NCBI GenBank assembly: GCA_009838035.1
Contig: VXSK01000022.1
Coordinates: forward strand, 2,343 to 66,342
Direction: 5' to 3'
Length of the DNA: 64,000 bases
Source: Gammaproteobacteria bacterium
Lineage (GTDB): Bacteria; Pseudomonadota; Gammaproteobacteria; Steroidobacterales; Foliamicaceae
The translations under genes were made by a program, and so were the position numbers. A model generated the notes under the pieces. It was not told where the DNA came from. It did no database searches and saw only the letters and a program-made list of their open reading frames with translations. Below, one piece after another: positions 1 to 9,642 of the stretch (its first letter is position 1; each line of letters begins with the position of its first letter).

Positions 1-909
1 GCCACGCTCGACAATTGTCGAGCCAATGGCGTGGATCCGACAACGTTGGGATTGGACGGCCTGAACACGACCTACTCGGTGGAGCGATTGCGCAAGGGCG
101 GCCAGCAGGTTCAACTGGACATCGATCCGGAAACCTCGACCTCCTACACCTATGGAGTGGTTCTCGACCAGCCCTACTGGGACAACTTCACGCTGCGCGC
201 CGGGGTGACCTACTACGACATCCATGTGGAGAACACGATCAGCCAGTTGGGCACGGGCTTCATCGTCAATGACTGCTACGTGGAACAGCCGAACAACGCC
301 AGCGCCTTCTGCCGGTTCATCAATCGGGGCGCCAATGGCCTGATCGACCTGGTTGAAGCCAGTTTCGTCAACATCAACGCCATTACCTCGCGCGGCATCG
401 ACTACAACCTGTACTTTCAGCGCGACTTCATAGTTGCCGACCGGAACCTGAATCTGGAATTCGACATCAGGGTCTCGCGCCTGCTCGAGAACAACTTCAT
501 TTTCCGCGAGGCCGAGGAGGACGACGCCGGCACCCCGGTTGCGCCCGAGTGGGAAGGCACCAGCCTGCTGGTTGCGACCTACGGCAGGTTCCGCTTCCTC
601 TGGCGGGCGAACTATATCCATGGCGAGGAGGACGACCCGGGCGATTTCTTCGTGGGAGCGCCCTGCGCCACGCTGCAGGTGATGTGCCGGCCGATTGCGA
701 GGACAGATAAATACTGGACACATACCACCTCGGTTACCTGGGTTCCGCGCGACTGGGAGATCACGCTGGGGCTGGTGAACGTGTTCGACGAAGAGCCGCC
801 CTTGATGGATAACGGCGCGCCGGAAGTGCAGTTGAATAACATTCCGCTGGGGGCGGGTTACGATCTGCTGGGGCGGCGCCTCTTCCTGTCGGTTAGGACG
901 CAGTTCTAG
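1..909 (+). CDS. TonB-dependent receptor, C-terminal part (gene begins upstream of window)
   Basis: Frame is open from base 1. Beta-barrel-like strands and the typical TBDR C-terminus (LGLVNVFDEEPP...YDLLGRRLFLSVRTQF, terminal Phe). Confidence 0.85.
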   Translation, partial: ATLDNCRANGVDPTTLGLDGLNTTYSVERLRKGGQQVQLDIDPETSTSYTYGVVLDQPYWDNFTLRAGVTYYDIHVENTISQLGTGFIVNDCYVEQPNNASAFCRFINRGANGLIDLVEASFVNINAITSRGIDYNLYFQRDFIVADRNLNLEFDIRVSRLLENNFIFREAEEDDAGTPVAPEWEGTSLLVATYGRFRFLWRANYIHGEEDDPGDFFVGAPCATLQVMCRPIARTDKYWTHTTSVTWVPRDWEITLGLVNVFDEEPPLMDNGAPEVQLNNIPLGAGYDLLGRRLFLSVRTQF

Positions 910-966
910 CGAGATTGCGGAAATCATGCGGCGGACCGGCCCGATGAACAAGAACAGGAGTGGCCG

Positions 967-2952
967 ATGAAGATCAGAATCCGTTTTCTTGCGGGCGTAT
1001 GTCTCGCGCTGCCCTTATTTTCCGCGGCACAGGAACAACAGGCGCTGTCCGGGTATGAAGCGTTCGCCCAGGAACCCGCCATGAGTTCCGCGTCGGTCTC
1101 ACCCGACGGCGAGCACCTGGCCACGCTGCAGCGCTTCGCCAAGGACGGGAAGCAGTTCCTTCTGGTTTATGACCTGAGCGATATGGCCAAACGGCCGGTG
1201 ACGCTGGGCTCCGATCGAATGGACATCGTTTCCGCCGGCTGGGCCAACAACGAGCGGCTCATCGTGCGTTTCCGTCAGGACGTGGACACGCTGCAGCGGC
1301 TGGGCGCGGACACGCGCCAGGTCAGCAAACTGGCCACCGTGGACAGGGAAGGCAAGCGTTGGCTGGAGATTCCCCGCAGACGCGCCGACCGCCGGAGCCA
1401 GACGGCCAAGACCATTCAGCGATGGGCCGGCGCGTCCGTCTTTGACCTGTTGCCCAAGGACGACGACCACATCCTGATTGAGTATGACGACGATCAGAAT
1501 TTCGTGGCGGACATTTTTCGGGTCAACGTGGAAACAGGCTCGGCGCAGCGGGTCGTGAAGAACAGCGACCGGATCAACATCACTTACCTGGACGACGACG
1601 GCGACCCCAGGCTCGCCTTCCGTTTCGACGAGGGCTCGGAAGCGATCATTGATCTGGCCAGGCTCAAGGGCGAAACGGACTGGATCGAAATTGGCCGGAC
1701 TCAGGCCAGTGTGGGCAATATGAGCAGTATTTTCAATGCCTTCCGTATTGTGGGGCCACCGTCGAGCAACGAGTTCTATGTCCTGTCCAACCACGAGACG
1801 GACACCGCTGCGATCTATACCTTTGACCTGGAAACGCGCGAGTTCGGCGAGATGCAGTTCATGCACCCGCGATACGATGCGACCGGCGTGCGCACCCGGC
1901 TGGACGAAGAAAAGAACGACGTGATTATCGGGTTTACGTTCACCGGCAAGGCGGGTGACGTCTACCTCGTGGATCAGGAGGAAAAGGCGCTCTACGACGC
2001 GATTGACGGGATTCTCCCGGATACGGACAACAGCATCGTGTCCCGTTCTCACGACGGCAAGACAATGGTCATTCGCGCCGAAGGCCCCCGCACGCCGCGG
2101 TCCTGGTATCTGCTCAAGGAAGGCCGGCTGGATCTGCTCGGGCGGTCGATGCCGTTCCTGACCGAGGACATGCTCGCCGAAGTGGAGTGGGTCCGGTACG
2201 AGGCCCGCGACGGCATGGAGATCCCGGCGCTGGTGACGGTACCGCGGGGCGACGGTCCCTTCCCCCTCGTGGTACTGCCCCACGGCGGGCCGGTTGCGCG
2301 GGACTACTGGGGCTTTGACGTCTGGGCGCAGTTGCTTGCGTATCACGGCTACGTGGTCATTCAGCCGCAATTTCGGATTTCCGACGGATTTGGCCGGCGG
2401 CACCTGGAGTCGGGTTTCTCGCGATGGGGTTACGAGATGCAGGACGATCTGGAAGACGCGATCGGTTATCTCGCCCAACGAAACCTGGGCGATCCCGGAC
2501 GGGCTGCCATATTCGGTTGGAGTTACGGCGGATACGCCGCTTTTGTAGGCTCCTTCCGCGATCCGAATCCGTTCCGCTGCGCGATCGCCGGTGCGGGCGT
2601 CGCCGACTTGCCATACTTCCGGGCTTGGCTGGCCGATTCAGGGACCCTGGCGGAGAAAGCCTATCGCCCCACGGTGGACGGCGTAAACCCGCTGGAGCAC
2701 GTGGACAGCGTCGATGTCCCCATCCTGGTGATCCACGGCGATGACGACGAACGCGTGCCGGTGGACGAGAGCCGAAAATTCGTCGCTAAGCTGAAGGAAT
2801 ACGACAAGCACCACAAGTACATCGAACTCGAAGGCGCGAACCACTTTTTCGGCACGATCTACTACCGCCACTACATGGAAATGTATCCGGCCATGATCGA
2901 CTGGCTCGACAATACCTGCAACCTCAAGGCAACCGCCGCCGCCGCCAACTAA
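967..2952 (+). CDS. S9 (prolyl oligopeptidase/dipeptidyl peptidase) family serine peptidase with signal peptide
   Basis: PHGGP, GWSYGG nucleophile motif, IHGDDDERVP Asp and GANHFF His. N-terminal signal peptide and beta-propeller-like N domain. Confidence 0.9.
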   Translation: MKIRIRFLAGVCLALPLFSAAQEQQALSGYEAFAQEPAMSSASVSPDGEHLATLQRFAKDGKQFLLVYDLSDMAKRPVTLGSDRMDIVSAGWANNERLIVRFRQDVDTLQRLGADTRQVSKLATVDREGKRWLEIPRRRADRRSQTAKTIQRWAGASVFDLLPKDDDHILIEYDDDQNFVADIFRVNVETGSAQRVVKNSDRINITYLDDDGDPRLAFRFDEGSEAIIDLARLKGETDWIEIGRTQASVGNMSSIFNAFRIVGPPSSNEFYVLSNHETDTAAIYTFDLETREFGEMQFMHPRYDATGVRTRLDEEKNDVIIGFTFTGKAGDVYLVDQEEKALYDAIDGILPDTDNSIVSRSHDGKTMVIRAEGPRTPRSWYLLKEGRLDLLGRSMPFLTEDMLAEVEWVRYEARDGMEIPALVTVPRGDGPFPLVVLPHGGPVARDYWGFDVWAQLLAYHGYVVIQPQFRISDGFGRRHLESGFSRWGYEMQDDLEDAIGYLAQRNLGDPGRAAIFGWSYGGYAAFVGSFRDPNPFRCAIAGAGVADLPYFRAWLADSGTLAEKAYRPTVDGVNPLEHVDSVDVPILVIHGDDDERVPVDESRKFVAKLKEYDKHHKYIELEGANHFFGTIYYRHYMEMYPAMIDWLDNTCNLKATAAAAN

Positions 2953-2958
2953 GGCCTG

Positions 2959-3420
2959 CTAGTCGGTAACCGCCCGCACGTTGATTTCCACCAGCAGTCC
3001 GGGATAGGCCAGCGCCGAGACCCCGATGACCATCGATGCCGGTTTGTGTCCGGCGGGGAAGAAATCGCGCACGTCCTGGTAAACGGGGGTGGGGTCCACG
3101 TTCTCCAGGTTCACGATGTAGATTTGGATTTCGACCACGTCCTCGCGCGTGGCGCCTGCCGCCTTCAGCGCGCGGTCGATATTGGCCCAGGTCAGGCGCG
3201 ACTGTTCGGCCAGGCTCTCGGGGAAGCTGTCGTCGGGGTGGATGCCGGCCTTGCCGCCCAGGTAGATGAAGCGCCCCGGGTTTTTGGCTATGACCACCTG
3301 CGAGTAGCCGTCGGGCTGGGAAAGCCCTTCCGGGTTGAAGCGCTCGATTTCGGTGGCCGCCGCTACCGGCAGGGCGAATACCAGGCCGGCCAGCGGAAGT
3401 GTCCTGCTGTTGTAGGTCAT
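2959..3420 (-). CDS. Rid (RidA/YjgF/YER057c/UK114) family protein with N-terminal signal peptide
   Basis: YSQVV, GGKAG, EQ..LTWANI..AL.AAG, GVSAL..PGLLVEI motifs. Hydrophobic N-terminus ending PVAAA. Confidence 0.8.
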   Translation of the reverse strand: MTYNSRTLPLAGLVFALPVAAATEIERFNPEGLSQPDGYSQVVIAKNPGRFIYLGGKAGIHPDDSFPESLAEQSRLTWANIDRALKAAGATREDVVEIQIYIVNLENVDPTPVYQDVRDFFPAGHKPASMVIGVSALAYPGLLVEINVRAVTD

Positions 3421-3534
3421 GCTTTGTTCTCCTGATTGTCGGATCGAAAGGCGCCGGCCTGTGCCGCCGGGCCGTGCCTATTTTCGGTCAATTGTCCGCC
3501 GGGCGGTGGCTACGGCCGAAAGTCGCCGCAGGAC

Positions 3535-3540
3535 TATAAT
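3535..3540 (+). promoter_or_regulatory. Possible sigma70 -10 element (TATAAT) upstream of dapF
   Basis: Exact TATAAT ~27 nt before the likely dapF ATG. No consensus -35 seen. Confidence 0.3.
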
Positions 3541-3567
3541 TTTCGGAGCGCCCGCCGACTTTCCGAA

Positions 3568-4392
3568 ATGCTCCAGGCCTTTACCAAGATGCAATCCGCC
3601 GGCAACGACTTCATGGTCGTGATCGGCCGGTCGCTGCCGGCGCCGTCACGGCAACGGATTCGCGCGCTGGCGGACCGCCGCCGGGGCGTGGGTTTCGATC
3701 AGCTACTGTGGGTGGACGAGCCCGGAAACGGCATCGATGCGGTCGGGTACCGGGTCTTCAATGCCGATGGCGGCGAGGCTGGCCAGTGCGGCAACGGAGC
3801 CTTGTGCATCGCCGCCCTGGTGGCCGATCGCCGGCCGGCCGGCGGTGAATTCTCCCTGAAGAGCCGTGGCGGGGAGGTCCGCGCAAGGTTCGCCGGGGAT
3901 GATTCGGTCAGTTGCTCGCTTGGCCGACCCGAATGGAACCCCGAGCGGGTCCCGTTTGTCGCCGGCGAGCAAGAGCCGTCATACAGGATTGCGGTCGATG
4001 GAGAGAACTGGCAGATCGAAGTGCTTTCCCTGGGCAACCCGCACGCGGTCATTGCCGTCGCCGACGCCGCCGAAGCTCCGGTTGCGGGCCTGGGGGCCAG
4101 CCTTTCCGTGCATGAGCGATTTCCGCGCGGCTGCAATGTGGGCTTTGCCGAGACGCTGGGCGAGCAGGAACTGAAGCTGCGCGTGTACGAGCGCGGCGTG
4201 GGCGAGACTCCCGCCTGCGGCACGGGCGCCTGCGCGGCGGCGGTTGCAGGCATTCGTCAGGGCCGGGTCCGTTCTCCCGTCAAAGTGGAAATGCCCGGAG
4301 GCGATTTGCAGGTCGATTGGGCCGGTGGCGACGAACCGGTCTGGCTTACCGGGCGGATCGATTGCGTTTTCGAGGGCCGGGTGGAGTTATGA
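3568..4392 (+). CDS. dapF: Diaminopimelate epimerase
   Basis: FTKMQSAGNDF, QCGNGALC, SLGNPH, RVYERGVGETPACGTGAC. Start placed at ATG 3568 rather than the ORF-track start 3436. Confidence 0.95.
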   Translation: MLQAFTKMQSAGNDFMVVIGRSLPAPSRQRIRALADRRRGVGFDQLLWVDEPGNGIDAVGYRVFNADGGEAGQCGNGALCIAALVADRRPAGGEFSLKSRGGEVRARFAGDDSVSCSLGRPEWNPERVPFVAGEQEPSYRIAVDGENWQIEVLSLGNPHAVIAVADAAEAPVAGLGASLSVHERFPRGCNVGFAETLGEQELKLRVYERGVGETPACGTGACAAAVAGIRQGRVRSPVKVEMPGGDLQVDWAGGDEPVWLTGRIDCVFEGRVEL

Positions 4393-5093
4393 GCCCGCCG
4401 CGCAAGGCAACCCGCAGCTCCGGCTTGAGTCCGAAGAGCGTGGCCGCTTATCTCAGGGACAATCCCGACTTTTTCGAGCGTCACGCCGACCTGCTGCTGG
4501 AGCTGAGCGTGCCGCACGACGGCGGCGCAGGGGCCGTGTCGCTGGTCGAGCGCCAGATCGAGTTGCTGCGCCAGCGCAACGAGGAAATGCGCCGCACGCT
4601 CGACGAGTATGTGGCCAACGGCCGCGCCAGCGATGAACTCGCCGGCAAGCTGAACCGGCTCGTAACCAAGCTGCTGGCCTGCCCCGACCCGGACGAAAGG
4701 TTGCGCGCTTTGCCGGGGAATCTGCGGGAGATTTTTTCGCTGGATTTCGTTCGCCTGTTGCTGTTCGACGCGGCGTCCGGCGACTATGCCGACGTACCGG
4801 GACTGTCGGCGACGCCGCGCGAAGACCTGATGACCGAGGGCCTGAGCGCGGTCCTGAAGGCCAACGCGCCGCGCTGCGGCCGATTCAGCTCCGGGCAGCG
4901 CGAATTCCTGTTCGGCGCGGACGCCGGCGAGGTGGCGTCGGTGGCGCTGGCCCCGCTGGGGCATCGCGGCAAGCTGGGACTGCTGGCCCTGGGCAGCCGC
5001 GACCCCGATCACTATCACCGCGCCAAGAGCACCGAGTTCCTGGGCCGCGTCAGCGCCATCGTGGCGGCGGCGGTATCGCCGGAAAGCTCCTGA
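4389..5093 (+). CDS. DUF484 (YigA-like) family protein
   Basis: VAAYLRDNPDFFERHADLL..L.VPH..GAVSLVERQ; LALGSRDPDHY. Conserved position between dapF and xerC. Confidence 0.85.
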   Translation: MSPPRKATRSSGLSPKSVAAYLRDNPDFFERHADLLLELSVPHDGGAGAVSLVERQIELLRQRNEEMRRTLDEYVANGRASDELAGKLNRLVTKLLACPDPDERLRALPGNLREIFSLDFVRLLLFDAASGDYADVPGLSATPREDLMTEGLSAVLKANAPRCGRFSSGQREFLFGADAGEVASVALAPLGHRGKLGLLALGSRDPDHYHRAKSTEFLGRVSAIVAAAVSPESS

Positions 5094-6007
5094 TGCGGGC
5101 CGGGGCGCAACGGCAGGTTGACGCGTTCCTGCACCACATACGATTCGAGCGGCGACTGTCGGAACACACGGTCAGCGCCTATCGCCGCGATCTCGCGGCG
5201 CTGGGCGAGTATTGCGCCGAGCGCAATCTCGCCGACTGGTCCGGACTGTCCACCGGCGATCTGCGCCGTTTCGCCGCGGGCGCCCACCGCCGCGGCCTGG
5301 CGCCGCGCACCGTGCAGCGCCGCCTGGCCGGAGCCCGCAGCTTCTTCAACTACCTGGAGAGCGAGGGCGCGATAAGCTGCAATCCGGCGCGCGGGGTCAA
5401 GGCCCCGCGGCCGCCACGCAGCCTTCCGCAAACCCTGAACCTCGACCAGGTGACGCGGCTTCTGGACATCCCGAATGGCGATACGGTTGCCTGCCGCGAT
5501 CGCGCTATGCTGGAACTGATCTACTCCTCCGGATTGCGGCTGGCCGAACTGGCCGGCCTCGACCTGGGCGGCGTGGACATGCGCGAGGGCCTGATCCGGG
5601 TCACGGGCAAGGGCCGCAAGACCCGCATCCTGCCGGTGGGTCGCAAGGCGATCGATGCGCTGAAGGCCTGGCTGCGGCGCCGCGGCGAGTTGGCGGCGGA
5701 CGGTGAGAACGCACTGTTCGTGGGCGTAAGGGGCCGGCGAATCAGTTCCAGCAGCGTCCAGTCGCGACTCGACTACTGGGCCCGGCGCGCGGGCCTGCCG
5801 GGGCGTGTTCACCCGCATATGCTTCGCCACAGTTTCGCCACGCACCTGCTGGAATCGTCCGGCGACCTTCGCGCGGTGCAGGAACTGCTGGGTCATGCCG
5901 ACATATCGACGACGCAGGTTTACACCCACCTGGACTTCCAGCATCTGTCAAGGGTGTACGATCGCGCCCACCCCAGAGCCCGGCGCAAGGCGTCCACGAA
6001 ATCATGA
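5093..6007 (+). CDS. xerC: Tyrosine recombinase XerC
   Basis: [70 protein letters not shown]. dapF-DUF484-xerC synteny. Confidence 0.95.
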   Translation: MRAGAQRQVDAFLHHIRFERRLSEHTVSAYRRDLAALGEYCAERNLADWSGLSTGDLRRFAAGAHRRGLAPRTVQRRLAGARSFFNYLESEGAISCNPARGVKAPRPPRSLPQTLNLDQVTRLLDIPNGDTVACRDRAMLELIYSSGLRLAELAGLDLGGVDMREGLIRVTGKGRKTRILPVGRKAIDALKAWLRRRGELAADGENALFVGVRGRRISSSSVQSRLDYWARRAGLPGRVHPHMLRHSFATHLLESSGDLRAVQELLGHADISTTQVYTHLDFQHLSRVYDRAHPRARRKASTKS

Positions 6008-6582
6008 ACTCTCCGGACCGTACGAAAAGCCCCGCGGCGGGCAAAAAGGTCCGCTCCACGACCATACTCTGCGTTCGCAGGAACGGCACGGTCGCAATGG
6101 GCGGAGACGGACAGGTAAGCCTTGGCGATACCGTCTTGAAGGGCAATGCCCGCAAGATTCGCCGGCTGGCCGATGACTCGGTGCTGGCGGGTTTCGCCGG
6201 CGGCACGGCCGATGCCTTCACTTTGTTCGAGTTGTTCGAAGGCAAGCTCAAGCAATACGGAAACCTCACCCGGGCCGCGGTCGAACTGGCCAAGGACTGG
6301 CGCACAGACCGGCGCCTGCGCCGGCTCGAGGCCATGCTGTGCGTGGCCGACCGGCAGAAGACGCTGCTGGTGTCGGGCTCGGGCGACGTGGTGGAACCGG
6401 AGGACGGGCTGCTGGCGCTCGGTTCCGGCGGCGGTTACGCGCGCGCCGCGGCGCGGGCGCTGCTGGCGGAAACCGAACTGGGCGCCGAGGAAGTGGTGCG
6501 CCGCTCGCTGGAGATCGCGGCGGACATCTGCGTCTACACGAATTCGGAAATCGTCATCGACACGCTCAAGAGCGAAGCATGA
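6004..6582 (+). CDS. hslV: ATP-dependent protease subunit HslV
   Basis: [65 protein letters not shown]. Confidence 0.95.
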   Translation: MNSPDRTKSPAAGKKVRSTTILCVRRNGTVAMGGDGQVSLGDTVLKGNARKIRRLADDSVLAGFAGGTADAFTLFELFEGKLKQYGNLTRAAVELAKDWRTDRRLRRLEAMLCVADRQKTLLVSGSGDVVEPEDGLLALGSGGGYARAAARALLAETELGAEEVVRRSLEIAADICVYTNSEIVIDTLKSEA

Positions 6583-7904
6583 CCCAGATGACGCCCAGGG
6601 AGATTGTCGAGGAACTCGACAAGCACGTGATCGGGCAGCACGAGGCCAAGCGGGCCGTGGCCATCGCGCTCAGAAACCGGTGGCGGCGAATGCAGCTCGA
6701 CGACGAGCTGCGCCGCGAGATCACGCCGAAGAACATCCTGATGATGGGCCCCACCGGCGTCGGCAAGACCGAGATCGCCCGCCGCCTGTCGCACCTCGCG
6801 CGCGCCCCTTTCATCAAGGTCGAGGCCACCAAGTTCACCGAGGTGGGCTACGTGGGGCGCGAAGTGGACAGCATCGTGCGGGACCTGACCGATACGGCCG
6901 TGAAGATGGTGCGCGAAACGGAAATGGACCGGGTCCGCCACCGCGCCCGCGAAAGCGCCGAGCGGAGGGTCCTCGACGCCCTGGTGCGGGTCGCGGCGAG
7001 TGCGGGCCCGGCCTCCAGGCTTCCGATCAGCGGCGACGAACGGGAACTGAAGGCGGCGCTGAGGCGCGGCGACCTCGACGGCGAGGAAGTGGAAATGGAA
7101 CTGCAGCTCGCGCCGGTGGGTGTGGAAATCATGGCGCCGCCCGGTATGGAGGAGATGACCAGCCAGTTGCAGAATATGTTCCAGTCACTGGGGAACCAGC
7201 GCACCCGGACCCGCAAGCTGAAGGTAAAGGACGCGATGCGGCTGCTTACCGAGGAGGCCGCCGCCTCGATGGTGGACCAGGAGGAACTGAAGTCGCAGGC
7301 GCTGGAAGCGGTGGAGCAGAACGGTATCGTGTTTATCGACGAGATGGACAAGGTCTGCCGCCGGGCCGAGGCCCTGGGCGCGGACGTTTCGCGCGAGGGT
7401 GTGCAGCGGGACCTCCTGCCCCTGGTGGAAGGCTGCGCCGTCACCACCAAGTACGGCGTCGTGCGCACCGACCACATCCTGTTCATCGCGTCCGGCGCAT
7501 TCCAGGCGGTCAAGCCGTCGGACCTGATCCCGGAACTGCAGGGCCGGTTTCCGATACGGGTGGAACTGGGCGCGCTGGGGATCGAGGAGTTCGAGCGCAT
7601 TCTCACCGAGCCGGACGCGTCGCTTACCGAGCAATACACGGCGCTGCTCGGCACCGAGCAGGTTTCCCTGAGCTTCGAGGCGGAGGCGGTGCACCGCATC
7701 GCCGAGATCGCCTGCTCGGTCAACGACAGCACGGAAAACATCGGGGCGAGGCGCCTGCAGACCGTCCTGGAGCGGCTGCTGGAATCGATTTCCTTCGACG
7801 CAGCCGACCGCGGCGGGCAGACGCTGAAAGTGGACGCGGCCTACGTCGACGAGCATCTCGGAAAGCTGGCGGAGGACGAGGATTTCCGCCGCTACATCCT
7901 CTGA
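6579..7904 (+). CDS. hslU: ATP-dependent protease ATPase subunit HslU
   Basis: [60 protein letters not shown]. Start at ATG 6579. Confidence 0.95.
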   Translation: MTQMTPREIVEELDKHVIGQHEAKRAVAIALRNRWRRMQLDDELRREITPKNILMMGPTGVGKTEIARRLSHLARAPFIKVEATKFTEVGYVGREVDSIVRDLTDTAVKMVRETEMDRVRHRARESAERRVLDALVRVAASAGPASRLPISGDERELKAALRRGDLDGEEVEMELQLAPVGVEIMAPPGMEEMTSQLQNMFQSLGNQRTRTRKLKVKDAMRLLTEEAAASMVDQEELKSQALEAVEQNGIVFIDEMDKVCRRAEALGADVSREGVQRDLLPLVEGCAVTTKYGVVRTDHILFIASGAFQAVKPSDLIPELQGRFPIRVELGALGIEEFERILTEPDASLTEQYTALLGTEQVSLSFEAEAVHRIAEIACSVNDSTENIGARRLQTVLERLLESISFDAADRGGQTLKVDAAYVDEHLGKLAEDEDFRRYIL

Positions 7905-7906
7905 AG

Positions 7907-8266
7907 GTGCAGACCGAGGCGCCTCTCGAGTTGCGCTTGCGCGGCAAGCGCCGGATCCTGCGCGTGAGTTTTGCCGACGGCGCCGCGTTCGATCTCAACG
8001 CCGAATACCTGCGCGTGAAGTCCCCATCGGCGGAGGTGCGGGGTCACGGACGCGGCGGCGGAGAATTGCCCCTCGGCAAGTCCGAAGTGCGGGTAATGGC
8101 GGTTGAACCCGTGGGCCAGTATGCGGTTCGCCTGGTGTTCGACGACGGCCACGATTCCGGCATCTACTCCTGGAAATACCTGCGGGAACTCGGCGAATAC
8201 CGCGATGAGTACTGGGCGGGCTACCTCAGGGAAGTGGCGGCGCAGAAGGCTCATGCCGGCAACTAA
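7907..8266 (+). CDS. DUF971 / gamma-butyrobetaine hydroxylase-like N-terminal domain protein
   Basis: AEYLRVKSPSAEVRGHG...VEPVGQYAVRLVFDDGHDSGIYSWKYL. This is the 3' end of the 6146..8266 ORF; GTG start 7907. Usual position between hslU and ubiE. Confidence 0.85.
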   Translation: MQTEAPLELRLRGKRRILRVSFADGAAFDLNAEYLRVKSPSAEVRGHGRGGGELPLGKSEVRVMAVEPVGQYAVRLVFDDGHDSGIYSWKYLRELGEYRDEYWAGYLREVAAQKAHAGN

Positions 8267-9008
8267 CCCCGGAGAGCGACACTTCGGCTTCAGCCGGGTA
8301 AGCCCCCAGGAGAAGACCCGGCGAGTGCGGGGCGTGTTCGACTCCGTGGCGGACCGCTACGACCTGATGAACGACCTGATGTCGCTTGGCGCGCACCGCT
8401 TGTGGAAGAGGTTCGCCCTGGCGCGCACGGGGCTGCGGCCCGGGGGCGTAGCGCTGGATGTCGCGGGCGGCACCGGCGATCTGGCCATCGGCATGGGCCG
8501 GCAGGTCGGACCGCAGGGACGTGTTCTGCTCACCGACATCAATCCCGCGATGCTGCGGGTCGGGCGCAGCCGGCTGCTTGACGCCGGCGCCTGGGGCAAC
8601 ACCAGGGCGCTGCGCGCCGATGCGACCGCCCTGCCCTTTGGCGCCGGACTGTTCGACTGCGTGACCATAGGGTTCGGGCTGCGCAACGTAACCGGAAAGC
8701 CGGCCGCGCTGAAGAGCATGGCGCGGGTCGTCAAGCCCGGCGGCCGCCTGCTGGTGCTGGAATTCTCGCGCCCGGCGCTCAAGTTCATTCGTCCCGCCTA
8801 CGACTGGTATTCGTTCGCCGTCATTCCCGCCCTCGGGCGCATGGTCGCGGGCGACGCCGACAGTTATCGTTACCTGGTGGAATCCATACGGGTGCATCCC
8901 GACCAGGAAACGCTTGCCGAAATGATGCGCGAGGCCGGGTTCGAGAACGTGCGCTGGCACAACCTGTCGGGCGGCGTCGTCGCGCTGCACATCGGCTTTC
9001 GCTACTAG
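8253..9008 (+). CDS. ubiE: Ubiquinone/menaquinone biosynthesis C-methyltransferase
   Basis: HFGFSRV, VFDSVADRYDLMNDLMSLGAHRLWK, LDVAGGTGD, FGLRNVT, LEFSRP, YRYLVESIR. Confidence 0.95.
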   Translation: MPATNPGERHFGFSRVSPQEKTRRVRGVFDSVADRYDLMNDLMSLGAHRLWKRFALARTGLRPGGVALDVAGGTGDLAIGMGRQVGPQGRVLLTDINPAMLRVGRSRLLDAGAWGNTRALRADATALPFGAGLFDCVTIGFGLRNVTGKPAALKSMARVVKPGGRLLVLEFSRPALKFIRPAYDWYSFAVIPALGRMVAGDADSYRYLVESIRVHPDQETLAEMMREAGFENVRWHNLSGGVVALHIGFRY

Positions 9009-9019
9009 GAGGCCTGCGC

Positions 9020-9613
9020 TTGTTCGCGAAACTGGCCACCTCGCTGGAAGGCGTGCTGAACCGCAATCTTCACGCTTCGCTGACCGCGCGCCGCGCGGCG
9101 GCCGAACTGGAGGGACTGTGCATGGACATGGGCGTATCGGCGTCGCAGCCGATGCTGCGCATCAGCATGGAAGACGGCCGCCTGCGGTTCACCGAGCCCG
9201 ACGAAAAGCCCTCCGGAGTCACGCTGTCCGGCGGCTGGCGCCGCTTGCTGGAACTGCTCGGCGGCGATCACGCGGGGCCGGGACTCGACTTGCGGGGCGA
9301 TCCCGCCGTGGCCGAAGGATTCGCCCGGCTCCTCAAGCACTGCCGGCCCAGCCCGGAAGAGGAACTGGCCCGTTTCACCGGCGATGCCTTTGCCCATGAG
9401 GCGGGCGACGCCGCCAGGGCCGCCACCGCGTGGGCAGGCGAGGCGGCCGGATCATTGCGGCGCAACCTGCGCGATTTCGTCCAGGAAGAGGCACGCTTCT
9501 CGCCGACGCGGGTGGAGTTCGACGCCTTCTCGGGTGAAGTGGAGCAGCTTCGCGACAGCGTCGCGCGTATCGGCGCGCGGATCGAGGCCCTGGGCAGGGG
9601 CCGGACCCGATAG
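9020..9613 (+). CDS. ubiJ: Ubiquinone biosynthesis accessory factor UbiJ (SCP2 domain)
   Basis: Lies between ubiE and ubiB. SCP2-like N half, EEELARFTGDAFAH motif, C-terminal coiled coil. Confidence 0.75.
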   Translation: MFAKLATSLEGVLNRNLHASLTARRAAAELEGLCMDMGVSASQPMLRISMEDGRLRFTEPDEKPSGVTLSGGWRRLLELLGGDHAGPGLDLRGDPAVAEGFARLLKHCRPSPEEELARFTGDAFAHEAGDAARAATAWAGEAAGSLRRNLRDFVQEEARFSPTRVEFDAFSGEVEQLRDSVARIGARIEALGRGRTR

Positions 9614-9642
9614 CCGACGGGGCCGCGGAATCCGGTTCAGTC

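Noticed and set aside
5093-6007. Tyrosine recombinase as a sign of a mobile element
   Set aside because: It is housekeeping XerC in its conserved dapF-DUF484-xerC context.
6146-8266. 706-aa ORF overlapping hslV/hslU
   Set aside because: Off-frame GC-rich read-through; only the last 119 codons (DUF971) look like a real protein. The same applies to 15299..16822, 19640..21310, 28363..29994, 30600..32057, 40602..42296, 44704..45984 and 52613..53710, where only the 3' parts are real genes.
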